This document shows, piece by piece, positions 20,506 through 30,742 of a stretch of DNA of 64,000 bases. The position numbers and the translations under genes were made by a program. The notes below the pieces were generated by a model that did not search any database, was not told where the DNA came from, and saw only the letters and a list, made by a program, of their open reading frames with translations. The first letter of the stretch is position 1, and the number at the start of each line of letters is the position of its first letter. Source of the stretch: Pseudomonadota bacterium (GTDB lineage Bacteria > Pseudomonadota > Alphaproteobacteria > Rhodobacterales > Rhodobacteraceae); contig JBCCGP010000005.1 in assembly GCA_039029215.1 (NCBI GenBank), positions 4,721 through 68,720 on the forward strand. Direction: 5' to 3'.

Positions 20506-21015
20506 CTAATAAATATAACGGATTTGATCCGACCAATATCGTTCTATGTTGGTTAATGACCCATTGATATCGCGAACGGTTTGGTGATCGACAACGCCGC
20601 GCTCCGACATCCCATTTGCATGCCGTTCAAACAGATCACTGACAGTTTTGCGGATATTATATCCTTTTTCTGTCAATTTCACCCGAACCGCGCGCCGGTC
20701 AATTTCACATCTTTTGTGATGCATGTGCCCCGTCTCAACAAGTTTCTTCAGGTTATAGGACACATTGGACCCTTGATAGTAGCCGCGCGATTTCAGTTCG
20801 CCGGCGGTGACTTCGTTTTTTCCGATATTGAACAACAGAAGGGCCTGAACGGAATTTATCTCTAAAATACCCAACCGCTCAAATTCATCTTTGATCACAT
20901 CCAGCAAAAGCCGATGTAGTCGTTCTACTTTTGAAAGTGTTTCCAGATATTCGCCTAAAAAACTGACTTCTCCGATCATTCCCTGACCGGGATCTAGGCG
21001 TGGTTCTATGCTCAT
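20506..21015 (-). CDS. MarR-family winged-helix transcriptional regulator
   Basis: 169 aa with a wHTH core (VTAGELKSRGYYQGSNVSYNLKKLVETGHMHHKRCEIDRRAVRVKLTEKG). Confidence 0.7.
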   Translation of the reverse strand: MSIEPRLDPGQGMIGEVSFLGEYLETLSKVERLHRLLLDVIKDEFERLGILEINSVQALLLFNIGKNEVTAGELKSRGYYQGSNVSYNLKKLVETGHMHHKRCEIDRRAVRVKLTEKGYNIRKTVSDLFERHANGMSERGVVDHQTVRDINGSLTNIERYWSDQIRYIY

Positions 21016-21097
21016 TTTTATCTCCGCCGTACTGCTCTGGCGGCGTTTTGACAGGAAAAAAGAAATAAGCAGTTAATGCGCGAAGAATTTTATAAAA

Positions 21098-21358
21098 TTA
21101 TGATCCCATCCAGATCTTAGATTGGACCAAAGCCACCGCGTCTTGAAATTCTGCTGGGATATCCATCTGACCGGATACCCATTGGTACAAATCTTGATCT
21201 GCCTCTGACATCAAAGCCTCATGCGCATCAAGTTGTGCGGGCGTTAAATCCGCCAAATGCACATCTGCAAAATTCCCGAAAATAAGATCCATCTCTTTGA
21301 TCCCACGCCGCCAAGATCGAAGGCGCAGGCGTTTTAGTCTTGTTTCGCGATCTTCCAT
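21098..21358 (-). CDS. sdhE: FAD assembly factor SdhE (SDHAF2 family)
   Basis: LRSWRRGIKEMDLIFGNF carries the RGxxE motif. I chose the start at the internal ATG (MEDRETRLKRL). Confidence 0.75.
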   Translation of the reverse strand: MEDRETRLKRLRLRSWRRGIKEMDLIFGNFADVHLADLTPAQLDAHEALMSEADQDLYQWVSGQMDIPAEFQDAVALVQSKIWMGS

Positions 21359-21392
21359 ATCTACTTGAACCTTTTTGTACCCTTTGGGATAG

Positions 21393-22622
<1,230 letters not shown>

Positions 22623-22630
22623 GAAAAATT

Positions 22631-23038
22631 ATGTTGGAAACGCCAGACGGATTGTATTTTCGAACCAGAGACAACGGGGCTGCGGTTTTTCGGGTGGATA
22701 CACAAAGCCAACAGCATCGTTTGGATGTCAGCCAAATCGCGACGATCAATATTTCTAAGGGCGAATTTCGAGGTCAAGGTGATGCGCCGCCGACCAAGGA
22801 AGAAGAGGTGGAGATCAAAGATTGGATTGAAAAAAGACAAGCGGTTTTGGCGGAGCGTCAAATCGATGACATTCACCGCGCAATTGATATGATGAATGCC
22901 ACAGCGCAATGGGTGCAATCTAAGGCGACAAATGAAGATATCGATAAATTTGCGCAGCCTTTGCTGTTGGCCATGAATGATTTGCGGACTGTTTTGGTCC
23001 GAAATCTATCAGATCGGGCGAAAGATAAGGCAAAATAG
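22631..23038 (+). CDS. hypothetical cytoplasmic protein
   Basis: 135 aa starting MLETPDGLYFRTRDNG. Codon usage matches the neighbours. I recognise no family. Confidence 0.5.
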   Translation: MLETPDGLYFRTRDNGAAVFRVDTQSQQHRLDVSQIATINISKGEFRGQGDAPPTKEEEVEIKDWIEKRQAVLAERQIDDIHRAIDMMNATAQWVQSKATNEDIDKFAQPLLLAMNDLRTVLVRNLSDRAKDKAK

Positions 23039-23081
23039 CTGGCAAGCACAAACGCTTCATAATAGCTTCGAGTACAGGGTT

Positions 23082-23115
23082 TTATATAAATGTCCTAGCT
23101 AGGACATTTATATAA
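23082..23115. repeat. 34-bp perfect palindrome with no loop
   Basis: TTATATAAATGTCCTAG|CTAGGACATTTATATAA has 17-nt arms that I checked base by base. It lies between convergent genes at the edge of the AT-rich orphan locus. Confidence 0.9.
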
Positions 23116-23158
23116 CTTATTGTTTTTATTATGTTTTGTGATATTTCAATGACTGTTT

Positions 23159-23830
23159 TTAGTCCTCGACTGTTTCAAACTTTTTCTTCTTCTTTTCTGC
23201 GTTCTTTGCCTTTTTCTGATCTGGCGTCAGAAGCGAAGATTGTTCGAATGTCCTCTTTTGTATTTTGGGTGTTTCTTCGGGCTCTTCAGGACAGCAGTCT
23301 TTGTTCCAGCGGTATTCGACATGCAAGAATAAATGGGTGACAAAAGAAATGATAAAATCACCAATTTCTTCATCGGTCACATAAGCCGCTTTACCAACTT
23401 TAAGCGGTTTTTTGGCGCGGATATCGATTTCGGAGGATCCATATTCGGCTGTGACATAAATATAAGTATCAAAGCACTTAATCGGTTTAAGCCATTCTTT
23501 GGGAATTTGATCATGATCAAAAGACAGATCGGATGCATCATTATGGTAGCCCAAGGCAGTGATAATTTCTTCGACAATCATGTCGATGGTAAGTGTTTCC
23601 CCGCGCTCGCGCGCCGCTTCTATAATACGTTGCTTTTCTTCTGGTTTGATTGAGCTGCCAAGAAATACCGGTTTGAATTCAAATTCTGGATTGTAATTGA
23701 CCCGTCCACCCGTCTTATCCTTTGCGGTACAGGTTAAACTGGCAACCAGGTATTTTCGATTTGCCTGTGGTGGTGTGTATTGAAATCCATCTTTTGAATA
23801 GTCAACTTTGGTCCGTTTATTAAAATCCAT
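23159..23830 (-). CDS. orphan hypothetical protein in an AT-rich locus
   Basis: 223 aa with no TM helix or signal peptide. It has a lysine-rich C-terminal tail (KKAKNAEKKKKKFETVED) and a CC pair (WNKDCCPEE). I recognise no family. Confidence 0.55.
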   Translation of the reverse strand: MDFNKRTKVDYSKDGFQYTPPQANRKYLVASLTCTAKDKTGGRVNYNPEFEFKPVFLGSSIKPEEKQRIIEAARERGETLTIDMIVEEIITALGYHNDASDLSFDHDQIPKEWLKPIKCFDTYIYVTAEYGSSEIDIRAKKPLKVGKAAYVTDEEIGDFIISFVTHLFLHVEYRWNKDCCPEEPEETPKIQKRTFEQSSLLTPDQKKAKNAEKKKKKFETVED

Positions 23831-23962
23831 GGGTTTAGTCCTTTAATATGTGAATATCTGAACGCTCACGCTATCAAAGGATTTCACTTGATCAGTGCTG
23901 TTGAGCACTAATTTAATAAATCAGTGCAGCTGAAAGCTACCAACTGCTACAAATAACAGTGA

Positions 23963-24439
23963 CTAAACAGGCAATTTCATGGTCGCTTTGATCTCTTCCA
24001 TCGAAAGCAATGCGGTCACATTAAAAATCTTAACTTCAGAAATCAGAGCTTGATAAAATTCATCATAGGCTTTGGCATTGGCCACACGGACCTTTAAAAT
24101 ATAGTCAATTTCGCCTGCCAAACGGTGTGCTTCCAAGACCTCGTCACGTTCTTTGAGTGTGGCAAGAAACCTGTCCTGCCAATCGGCATCATGTTCCGAG
24201 GTGCGAATAAGGACAAAAAAACAGGCCTCTAATCCCAGTTTTTCAGGGTCAAGAACAACCGTTTCACTTTTAATAAGACCGCTGTCGCGCAGTTTGCGAA
24301 TACGATTCCAAACGGGCGTTTTTGAGGCACCGACCTTGCGTGCAATCTCGTCAAGGGATTGACCCGCATCTGCCTGCAATTCGCGAAGTATATTCCGATC
24401 TATTTGATCTAAAGGCACCATTGTTCCGCTTCCTGTCAC
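23963..24439 (-). CDS. lrp: Lrp/AsnC-family transcriptional regulator
   Basis: LDQIDRNILRELQADAGQSLDEIARKVGASKTPVWNRIRKL forms the HTH, followed by an AsnC-type ligand domain. It is divergent from the sulfate-assimilation operon. Confidence 0.88.
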   Translation of the reverse strand: MTGSGTMVPLDQIDRNILRELQADAGQSLDEIARKVGASKTPVWNRIRKLRDSGLIKSETVVLDPEKLGLEACFFVLIRTSEHDADWQDRFLATLKERDEVLEAHRLAGEIDYILKVRVANAKAYDEFYQALISEVKIFNVTALLSMEEIKATMKLPV

Positions 24440-24581
24440 TTCAAGAGAATATTATTCCACCGCATCACTCCATAAAACATCTTTATCCTATTTTAATGAC
24501 GTTGCGCGGTTATATATTGGAAATTTATTCCCGTATTGCTAGATATGCAGAAAATAATTTCGTGACAAGTAGGAAAACCGA

Positions 24582-24878
24582 ATGGCCCGCGCCTTCACAC
24601 CCAAAGTCTTAACAGCAAATCACCTGTTAGAAGGTGACGTGATCTATTGGGCAGATGGTGTATGGGTGCGTGCGCTTAAAGAAGCAGAGTTTTTCGATGA
24701 TGAGTTAACTGCGCAGGCCGCATTGGCCAAAGCGCAGGCACAGCCCGATATCGTGGTTGGTGCGTATTTAGCGGATGCAGCGCTTGAGGATGGCCATCCC
24801 GTTCCGACGCATTTCCGCGAAGACTTCCGGACCAAGGGCCCCTCAAACTATGCCCATGGCAAACAGGAGAGCCAGTAA
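24582..24878 (+). CDS. DUF2849-domain protein
   Basis: 98 aa (VLTANHLLEGDVIYW...). It sits immediately upstream of cysI, as is typical in alphaproteobacteria. Confidence 0.6.
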   Translation: MARAFTPKVLTANHLLEGDVIYWADGVWVRALKEAEFFDDELTAQAALAKAQAQPDIVVGAYLADAALEDGHPVPTHFREDFRTKGPSNYAHGKQESQ

Positions 24879-24879
24879 T

Positions 24880-26544
24880 ATGTATAGCTATTCTGAATTT
24901 GATAAAGCGTTCATCCAGACCCGCGTCGATCAATTTCGCGCCCAAGTGGAACGTCGGATCGATGGCAGCTTGACCGAAGATGAGTTCAAACCCCTGCGTT
25001 TGATGAATGGTCTGTATCTACAATTGCACGCTTATATGCTGCGCGTTGCGATCCCCTATGGGACGCTGAACAGCCAGAAAATGCGCCAACTGGCGATGAT
25101 TGCAGAAAAATGGGACAAGGGTTATGGCCATTTCACCACGCGGCAAAACATCCAATATAACTGGCCCAAACTGCGTGATGTGCCAGATATGCTGCAAGCA
25201 CTGGCCGATGTTGGGATGCATGCCATTCAAACATCCGGCAATTGTATCCGCAATGTGACGGCAGATCATTTTGCAGGCGCGGCAGCAGATGAATATGAAG
25301 ACCCCCGCCCGACAGCCGAATTGTTACGCCAATGGTCAACGGATCATCCAGAATTTGCATTTCTTGGTCGAAAGTTCAAAATCGCTGTTTCGGGCGCAGA
25401 ACATGACCGTGCAGTGACCAAAGCGCATGATATCGGCATTCGTATGGTCGATCAGGACGGCGAAAAGGGGTATGAAGTAATTGTCGGGGGCGGTCTTGGC
25501 CGCACACCGATGATCGGCAAGGTGCTTCGCGACTTTCTCCCTCGTGAAGACCTGTTGCCGTATTTAGAATCGATCCTGCAAGTTTATAACGTGCTGGGCC
25601 GTCGCGATAATAAATACAAAGCGCGCATCAAAATTACCGTGCATGAAAACGGGATCGAGACGATCCGCGATATGGTTGAGGCACGGTTTGATCTGCAAAA
25701 ACCGCTTTTCAAGGGGTTTGATCAAAAGCTGCTAAAAGAGATCGAGGCAGCTTTTGCGGCGCCTAACTATATCACAGCCTCTTTGAACGATTATGACAAG
25801 GCATATGCCACTGATCCGGCATTCCGTTCTTTCGTAGATACAAATATCACCGCGCATAAGAACCCAGACTATGCGATTGTGTCGATTTCGATCAAAAAAC
25901 ACGGTCAAACACCAGGCGATGCAACAGCAGATCAGATGCGCGCGATGGCGGATTTGGCAGAACACTACGCCCATGATGAGCTGCGCATTAGTCATGAGCA
26001 GAACGTGATTTTGCCCCATGTGCATAAATCCCATCTTTACGCGATTTATCAGGGGTTGAAGGCGGCTGATCTGGCGACAGCAAATATTGGGTTGATCTCT
26101 GACATTATCGCCTGCCCCGGTATGGATTATTGTGCGTTGGCCACGGCGCGTTCAATCCCGGTGGCGCAAGAGATTGCAACCCGATTTGAAGACTTGAAAA
26201 TCGAAAACGATATTGGTCCGCTGAAGATTAAAATATCGGGCTGTATCAACGCGTGTGGGCATCACCATGTCGGCCATATCGGTATTCTGGGGCTCGACCG
26301 GGCGGGTGTGGAAAATTATCAGATCACATTGGGTGGATCAGGTGCCGAAGACGCGACCATTGGCGAACGTGCCGGACCCGGTTTTGCCTATGATGACATT
26401 GTGGATGCGATTGAACGGATTATCCACACCTATTTGGAAATCCGATTGGATGCCGCGGAAGAATTCCTTGCCTGCTATCGCCGGGTTGGTGCAGCGCCGT
26501 TTAAAAGCGCGCTTTACCCCGAAGCCAAAGTGGCAGCCGAATAG
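24880..26544 (+). CDS. cysI: sulfite reductase hemoprotein (nitrite/sulfite reductase family)
   Basis: The start is MYSYSEFDKAF (ATG 24880, one nt after the DUF2849 stop). It has the siroheme/4Fe-4S cysteines CPGMDYC...CINACGHH and duplicated NIR_SIR domains. Confidence 0.88.
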   Translation: MYSYSEFDKAFIQTRVDQFRAQVERRIDGSLTEDEFKPLRLMNGLYLQLHAYMLRVAIPYGTLNSQKMRQLAMIAEKWDKGYGHFTTRQNIQYNWPKLRDVPDMLQALADVGMHAIQTSGNCIRNVTADHFAGAAADEYEDPRPTAELLRQWSTDHPEFAFLGRKFKIAVSGAEHDRAVTKAHDIGIRMVDQDGEKGYEVIVGGGLGRTPMIGKVLRDFLPREDLLPYLESILQVYNVLGRRDNKYKARIKITVHENGIETIRDMVEARFDLQKPLFKGFDQKLLKEIEAAFAAPNYITASLNDYDKAYATDPAFRSFVDTNITAHKNPDYAIVSISIKKHGQTPGDATADQMRAMADLAEHYAHDELRISHEQNVILPHVHKSHLYAIYQGLKAADLATANIGLISDIIACPGMDYCALATARSIPVAQEIATRFEDLKIENDIGPLKIKISGCINACGHHHVGHIGILGLDRAGVENYQITLGGSGAEDATIGERAGPGFAYDDIVDAIERIIHTYLEIRLDAAEEFLACYRRVGAAPFKSALYPEAKVAAE

Positions 26545-27291
26545 ATGCCGTTTGAACGCGCATTCGCCACCGTTGCCGAACGTGTAGAGCATCTGAATGA
26601 GACGTGGAAAAACCACGCTGCCATTCCGACCCTGCAATGGATTTTGCAGGACCCGAATGTCGGGCGCGTGGCCATGGTTTCGTCCTTCGGTGCAGAATCG
26701 GTGGTGCTGTTGCATATGGTTTCGCTGATCAATCCCGATCTGCCGATCCTGTTTATCGATACAGAAATGTTGTTTGAAGAAACGCTGGAGTATCAGCGCG
26801 AGGTCGCAGAAACGCTGGGTTTAAGTGATATTCGCGTTATTCGTGCAGATCGCGCTGCGGTGAAAAAGGCCGATCCATTTGGTCGGTTGCATTTGGCGCA
26901 GCCTGATCAATGCTGCCGCTTGCGCAAAACCCTGCCCTTGCAGCGTGCATTGACGGATTTTGATCTCTGGATTACGGGGCGCAAACGCTTTCAGGGCGCG
27001 GCGCGCGAAACGTTGGATTTGTTCGAGAATGAAAGCTATCTGCGGATCAAGATCAATCCGCTGGCCCATTGGCGGCGTGCGGATTTGCAGGATTATATCA
27101 TCAATAACCGCCTGCCCCAGCATCCGCTGGTGGCCCAAGGTTATCCCTCCATCGGATGTGCGCCAACGGTATGTACGCGCAAGGTTGCTACGGGCAACGA
27201 TCCACGCGCGGGACGTTGGGCGGGACGGAATAAAACAGAGTGCGGCATTCATTTCGGATTGGATGGCCAACCACAAAGGAGCGCGTCATGA
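26545..27291 (+). CDS. cysH: phosphoadenylyl-sulfate / adenylyl-sulfate reductase (thioredoxin-dependent)
   Basis: SFGAES is the PP-loop variant. The CC pair (DQCCRLRK) plus SIGCAPTVC suggests the Fe-S-containing APS-reductase type. The C-terminal ECGIH motif is present. Confidence 0.88.
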   Translation: MPFERAFATVAERVEHLNETWKNHAAIPTLQWILQDPNVGRVAMVSSFGAESVVLLHMVSLINPDLPILFIDTEMLFEETLEYQREVAETLGLSDIRVIRADRAAVKKADPFGRLHLAQPDQCCRLRKTLPLQRALTDFDLWITGRKRFQGAARETLDLFENESYLRIKINPLAHWRRADLQDYIINNRLPQHPLVAQGYPSIGCAPTVCTRKVATGNDPRAGRWAGRNKTECGIHFGLDGQPQRSAS

Positions 27292-27722
27292 GCGTGATTG
27301 TCACAGATACCGGATTTGCCAAAGACGATTGGATAGATGGGTTTCAGCCATGGGATGGCACGACGCTTTCAAATCAGGATCGAGATGCGGGTTATGCGAT
27401 TGATATGCCCAATGATGCGAACCCAGAAGATCTGCGCCCGTTTTTCAACGAGGCAGCGATGATCCGTGTGGCCTTTCCCTCCAGTGCGGATGGGCGCGGC
27501 TTTACGCTGGCGCGACATCTGCGTCTGATCGGGTTTCGCGGGCGTTTGCGTGCCTTTGGCCATGTCTTGGCTGATCAATATACAATGGCGCGGCGCTGTG
27601 GGTTTGATGAGGTTGAAATCTCTGACGAGATGGCAGCACGGCAGCCCGAAGAACAATGGTTATTCCGGGCGGATTGGCAAGCCCATGATTACCGCGCCAG
27701 ATTACAACAAACCGCCTCCTAG
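27288..27722 (+). CDS. DUF934-domain protein
   Basis: The ATG at 27288 has AAAGGAG upstream and an ATGA overlap with cysH. FPSSADGRGFTLARHLR...GHVLADQYTMARRCGFDEVEI is typical of DUF934. Confidence 0.7.
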   Translation: MSVIVTDTGFAKDDWIDGFQPWDGTTLSNQDRDAGYAIDMPNDANPEDLRPFFNEAAMIRVAFPSSADGRGFTLARHLRLIGFRGRLRAFGHVLADQYTMARRCGFDEVEISDEMAARQPEEQWLFRADWQAHDYRARLQQTAS

Positions 27723-27760
27723 ACGAAACGATGCATGCGCATTATTGAAAGATCGAAAAC

Positions 27761-28564
27761 ATGAATGAACAAGCAGCAATGACCAAAGCAAAACCTGTCC
27801 TTCCCGACGCCCAAACCGTAACGGCGGTTGAACATTATACAGATCGTCTGTTTCGATTTCGCGCGACACGGCCGCAATCCTTGCGGTTTCGCTCTGGCGA
27901 GTTTGTGATGATTGGCCTGATGGGGGATAATGACCGCCCGTTGCTGCGTGCTTATTCCATCGCATCACCTGCTTGGGATGACGAGTTGGAGTTTTATTCG
28001 ATTAAGGTCCAAGACGGTCCGCTGACCTCTAAGCTGCAAAATATTCAGGTGGGTGATGAGGTCATTATCCGGCCCAAACCTGTTGGTACTTTGGTGCTGG
28101 ATGCGCTGACACCTGGGAAACGGATGTATTTCTTTGCCACGGGTACTGGGATTGCACCCTTTGCCTCGCTGATCCGCGATCCGGACCTGTATGAGCGTTA
28201 TGACGAGGTTATCCTGACTCATACCTGCCGCGATGTCGCGGAACTCAAATATGGCGAGGATCTTGTCGCCAGTATAAAAGCGGACCCGTTAATCGGTGAA
28301 TTTGCGGATCAATTGAAATATTATCCCACGACAACCCGCGAAGAGAGCCCAAAAATGGGCCGGATCACCAAATTGATCGAAAATGGCGAGCTGTTTTCTG
28401 ATCTTGGCTTGCCGCCGCTTGATCCAGAGACAGACCGGGCGATGATCTGCGGCTCGATGGGGTTAAACACGGATGTCAAAGCGTTGTTGGAATCAGCAGG
28501 CTTGACCGAGGGATCAAACTCTATGCCTGCCGAATATGTGCTTGAGAAAGCATTCGTGGACTAG
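27761..28564 (+). CDS. fpr: ferredoxin--NADP(+) reductase
   Basis: 267 aa with RAYSIAS (FAD), GTGIAPF (NADP) and the bacterial subclass C-terminus. Confidence 0.88.
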   Translation: MNEQAAMTKAKPVLPDAQTVTAVEHYTDRLFRFRATRPQSLRFRSGEFVMIGLMGDNDRPLLRAYSIASPAWDDELEFYSIKVQDGPLTSKLQNIQVGDEVIIRPKPVGTLVLDALTPGKRMYFFATGTGIAPFASLIRDPDLYERYDEVILTHTCRDVAELKYGEDLVASIKADPLIGEFADQLKYYPTTTREESPKMGRITKLIENGELFSDLGLPPLDPETDRAMICGSMGLNTDVKALLESAGLTEGSNSMPAEYVLEKAFVD

Positions 28565-28589
28565 CGTCGGAACTTTTTTGACAAAATAT

Positions 28590-28626
28590 GCCCTGCGAAT
28601 TTGAAACAATTCGTAGGGCTTTTTTT
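28590..28626 (+). terminator. intrinsic terminator after fpr
   Basis: GCCCTGCGAATT-tgaaac-AATTCGTAGGGC forms a 12-bp stem with one G-U pair, followed by TTTTTTT. Confidence 0.8.
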
Positions 28627-28794
28627 CAATAAGCCAGCGATTTTTGCCCCTAAAAACCGATTTTTATAAAATCCTCTGACGAAGCTGTGAGCTAACGCGC
28701 CTGTGAGTGCCGTTTGTAGATTATCTCGGTTAATCACATCTCAACGCGGGGAGTTTCGCGTTTAAACCAGTAAATCAAAACCGAGGACTACTTC

Positions 28795-29094
28795 ATGTCA
28801 AAATCAGTTAAATCAGCAGCGGTCGCAGCAGCAGTTGCCGCGGCGATCACTTCAGTTGCAGCACCAGCATCAGCAGCAAACGTCAAATGCTACGGCATCG
28901 CACTTGCAGGCGAAAACGGTTGTGCGGCGGGCCCAGGTACATCTTGCGCGGGCACATCTACAGTTGATTACCAAGGCAATGCTTGGACAATCGTTTCTGC
29001 AGAAGAGTGTGAAAGCGCAGAATTGCCAGCAATGGCAGATGGGACGCCACGTATGGGTTCTGTAGAACCTCTTGACCGCGACCTACCAGCATAA
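28795..29094 (+). CDS. bufA: DUF2282 / BufA1-type bufferin precursor peptide (secreted, four Cys)
   Basis: It has a Sec signal ([14 protein letters not shown]) and the core [43 protein letters not shown] with four Cys in the canonical DUF2282 spacing. Confidence 0.85.
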   Translation: MSKSVKSAAVAAAVAAAITSVAAPASAANVKCYGIALAGENGCAAGPGTSCAGTSTVDYQGNAWTIVSAEECESAELPAMADGTPRMGSVEPLDRDLPA

Positions 29095-29103
29095 GTTATG
29101 ATC

Positions 29104-29130
29104 AGGGCGGTACATCAGTGCCGCCCTTTT
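29104..29130 (+). terminator. terminator-like hairpin (probable attenuator) between the precursor and enzyme genes
   Basis: AGGGCGGTAC-atca-GTGCCGCCCT forms a 10-bp stem including one G-U pair, followed by TTT. It begins 10 nt after the bufA stop. Confidence 0.6.
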
Positions 29131-29147
29131 CAACTCGGGGACTAGAA

Positions 29148-29996
29148 ATGATACAGCTACCAAAAAGTATTGGTGTCGGATATAAATCCAAACATCGCGG
29201 CGATATCCTAAAAGATACAGCACAAATCGGGTGGCTGGAAATTCATGCAGAGAATTATATGGGCGACGGCGGGCGCCCAATTGCAGAGCTTAAAGAGCTT
29301 TCTGAAATATATCCCATTTCGTGTCATGGTGTTGGCCTGTCGATTGGGGCTGAAAGCGGATTGGATCCTGCGCATCTGGACCGATTGAAACATCTGATTG
29401 CGTGGCTGAAGCCTGCGCAATTTTCAGAACATCTGGCCTGGTCCACACATGGGGCACAGTTTTTGAATGATCTGTTGCCCCTGCCCTATACCGAAGAGGT
29501 TTTGGCGCGTGTGTCGGATCATATTAATCAGGTCCAAGATATATTGGGCCAGCGCATGCTGCTTGAAAATCCATCGCTTTATATCCAGTTCACCCAAAGC
29601 CAAATGCCGGAGACAGAATTTATTGCGCGCATTGTTGAAAACACGGGCTGTGGATTGCTGTTGGATGTGAACAATGTGTTCATCAGCGCGACCAACCAAG
29701 GATATAGTGCGAGAGGTTATATCGACGCCTATCCGCTAGACCATATTGGCGAATTGCATCTGGGTGGCCATGAAGAAGACACCGATGATGATGGCGACAC
29801 CTTACTGATTGACAGCCACTCGCGCGCAGTCGTTGATCCTGTCTGGGCGCTTTATGATTATGTTCTGTCGAAAACCGGACCTCGTCCGACTTTGATTGAA
29901 TGGGATAATGACATTCCCGATTGGTCCGTTTTGGCCCATGATGCGCATGCGGCAAAGGCGATCATGGACCGCCATGGCCGAGTTGCAGCAGAATAA
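29148..29996 (+). CDS. bufB: DUF692 multinuclear non-heme iron oxidase (MNIO, MbnB-like), BufB
   Basis: IGVGYKSKH...WLEIHAENYMG...HGVGLSIG...FSEHLAW...LLENPS...LLDVNN...ELHLGGH is the DUF692 TIM-barrel pattern. I chose the ATG at 29148 because the GTG at 29118 lies inside the hairpin. Confidence 0.85.
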   Translation: MIQLPKSIGVGYKSKHRGDILKDTAQIGWLEIHAENYMGDGGRPIAELKELSEIYPISCHGVGLSIGAESGLDPAHLDRLKHLIAWLKPAQFSEHLAWSTHGAQFLNDLLPLPYTEEVLARVSDHINQVQDILGQRMLLENPSLYIQFTQSQMPETEFIARIVENTGCGLLLDVNNVFISATNQGYSARGYIDAYPLDHIGELHLGGHEEDTDDDGDTLLIDSHSRAVVDPVWALYDYVLSKTGPRPTLIEWDNDIPDWSVLAHDAHAAKAIMDRHGRVAAE

Positions 29997-30733
29997 TGCA
30001 ACAGGAATTCACCACCAGCCTATTGGACCCCAAGGCACCTTTGCCAGAAGGCGTATCCGACCCAAACGGCAAACCAAGCCCAAAACGTTTTGCAGTCTAT
30101 CGAAATAATGTTGTGCATTCACTGATCGGTGCCCTGACGGATGCTTATCCCACGATCCGTGCTGATGTCGGCGCGGAATTTTTTGAAGCCATGGCGGGGC
30201 ATTTTGTGCGCAAACATCCGCCAAGCTCGCCCATGATGATGTTTTATGGTGCGGAGATGGGCGAATTTCTGCGCGAGTTTGCGCCCGTCGCAACGCGCCC
30301 CTATTTGGTAGATTTAGCGGCCTTAGAGGCGTTAATGCGCGGCATTTATCACAGTGCTGATGATCCAGTCTTTGATCCCGCGACGCTTGAGGGCATGGAG
30401 CCAGACGCACTGATGGCGATGCGCTTTGATTTTCGTGCCTCAGCTACACTTTTCCACTCGGATCATCAAGTTGGCTCAATTTGGATGTATCACAATCAAA
30501 ACAATGGTTTACCATCCGAAGCAGGGACGGAATATATGCTGATTACGCGGCCTGCCTTAGATGTCGGCCTTTATATGCTGAGCGAAGCGCAATTTGGGTT
30601 TTTTACCAAACTTCGCATCGGGGAAACCTTGGGCGATGCTTTCGAGGCGGCGCAAGCCATTGAGACGGAATTTGACCTTGGCGCAGCCCTAGGCATCGCG
30701 TTTCAAACAGCCTGTTTTTCACATACCAAATAG
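29996..30733 (+). CDS. bufC: DUF2063-domain partner protein, BufC
   Basis: 245 aa. RFAVYRNNVVHSLIGAL...AYP is the DUF2063 signature. It has a TAATG overlap with bufB. Confidence 0.8.
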   Translation: MQQEFTTSLLDPKAPLPEGVSDPNGKPSPKRFAVYRNNVVHSLIGALTDAYPTIRADVGAEFFEAMAGHFVRKHPPSSPMMMFYGAEMGEFLREFAPVATRPYLVDLAALEALMRGIYHSADDPVFDPATLEGMEPDALMAMRFDFRASATLFHSDHQVGSIWMYHNQNNGLPSEAGTEYMLITRPALDVGLYMLSEAQFGFFTKLRIGETLGDAFEAAQAIETEFDLGAALGIAFQTACFSHTK

Positions 30734-30742
30734 GGGACAAAA

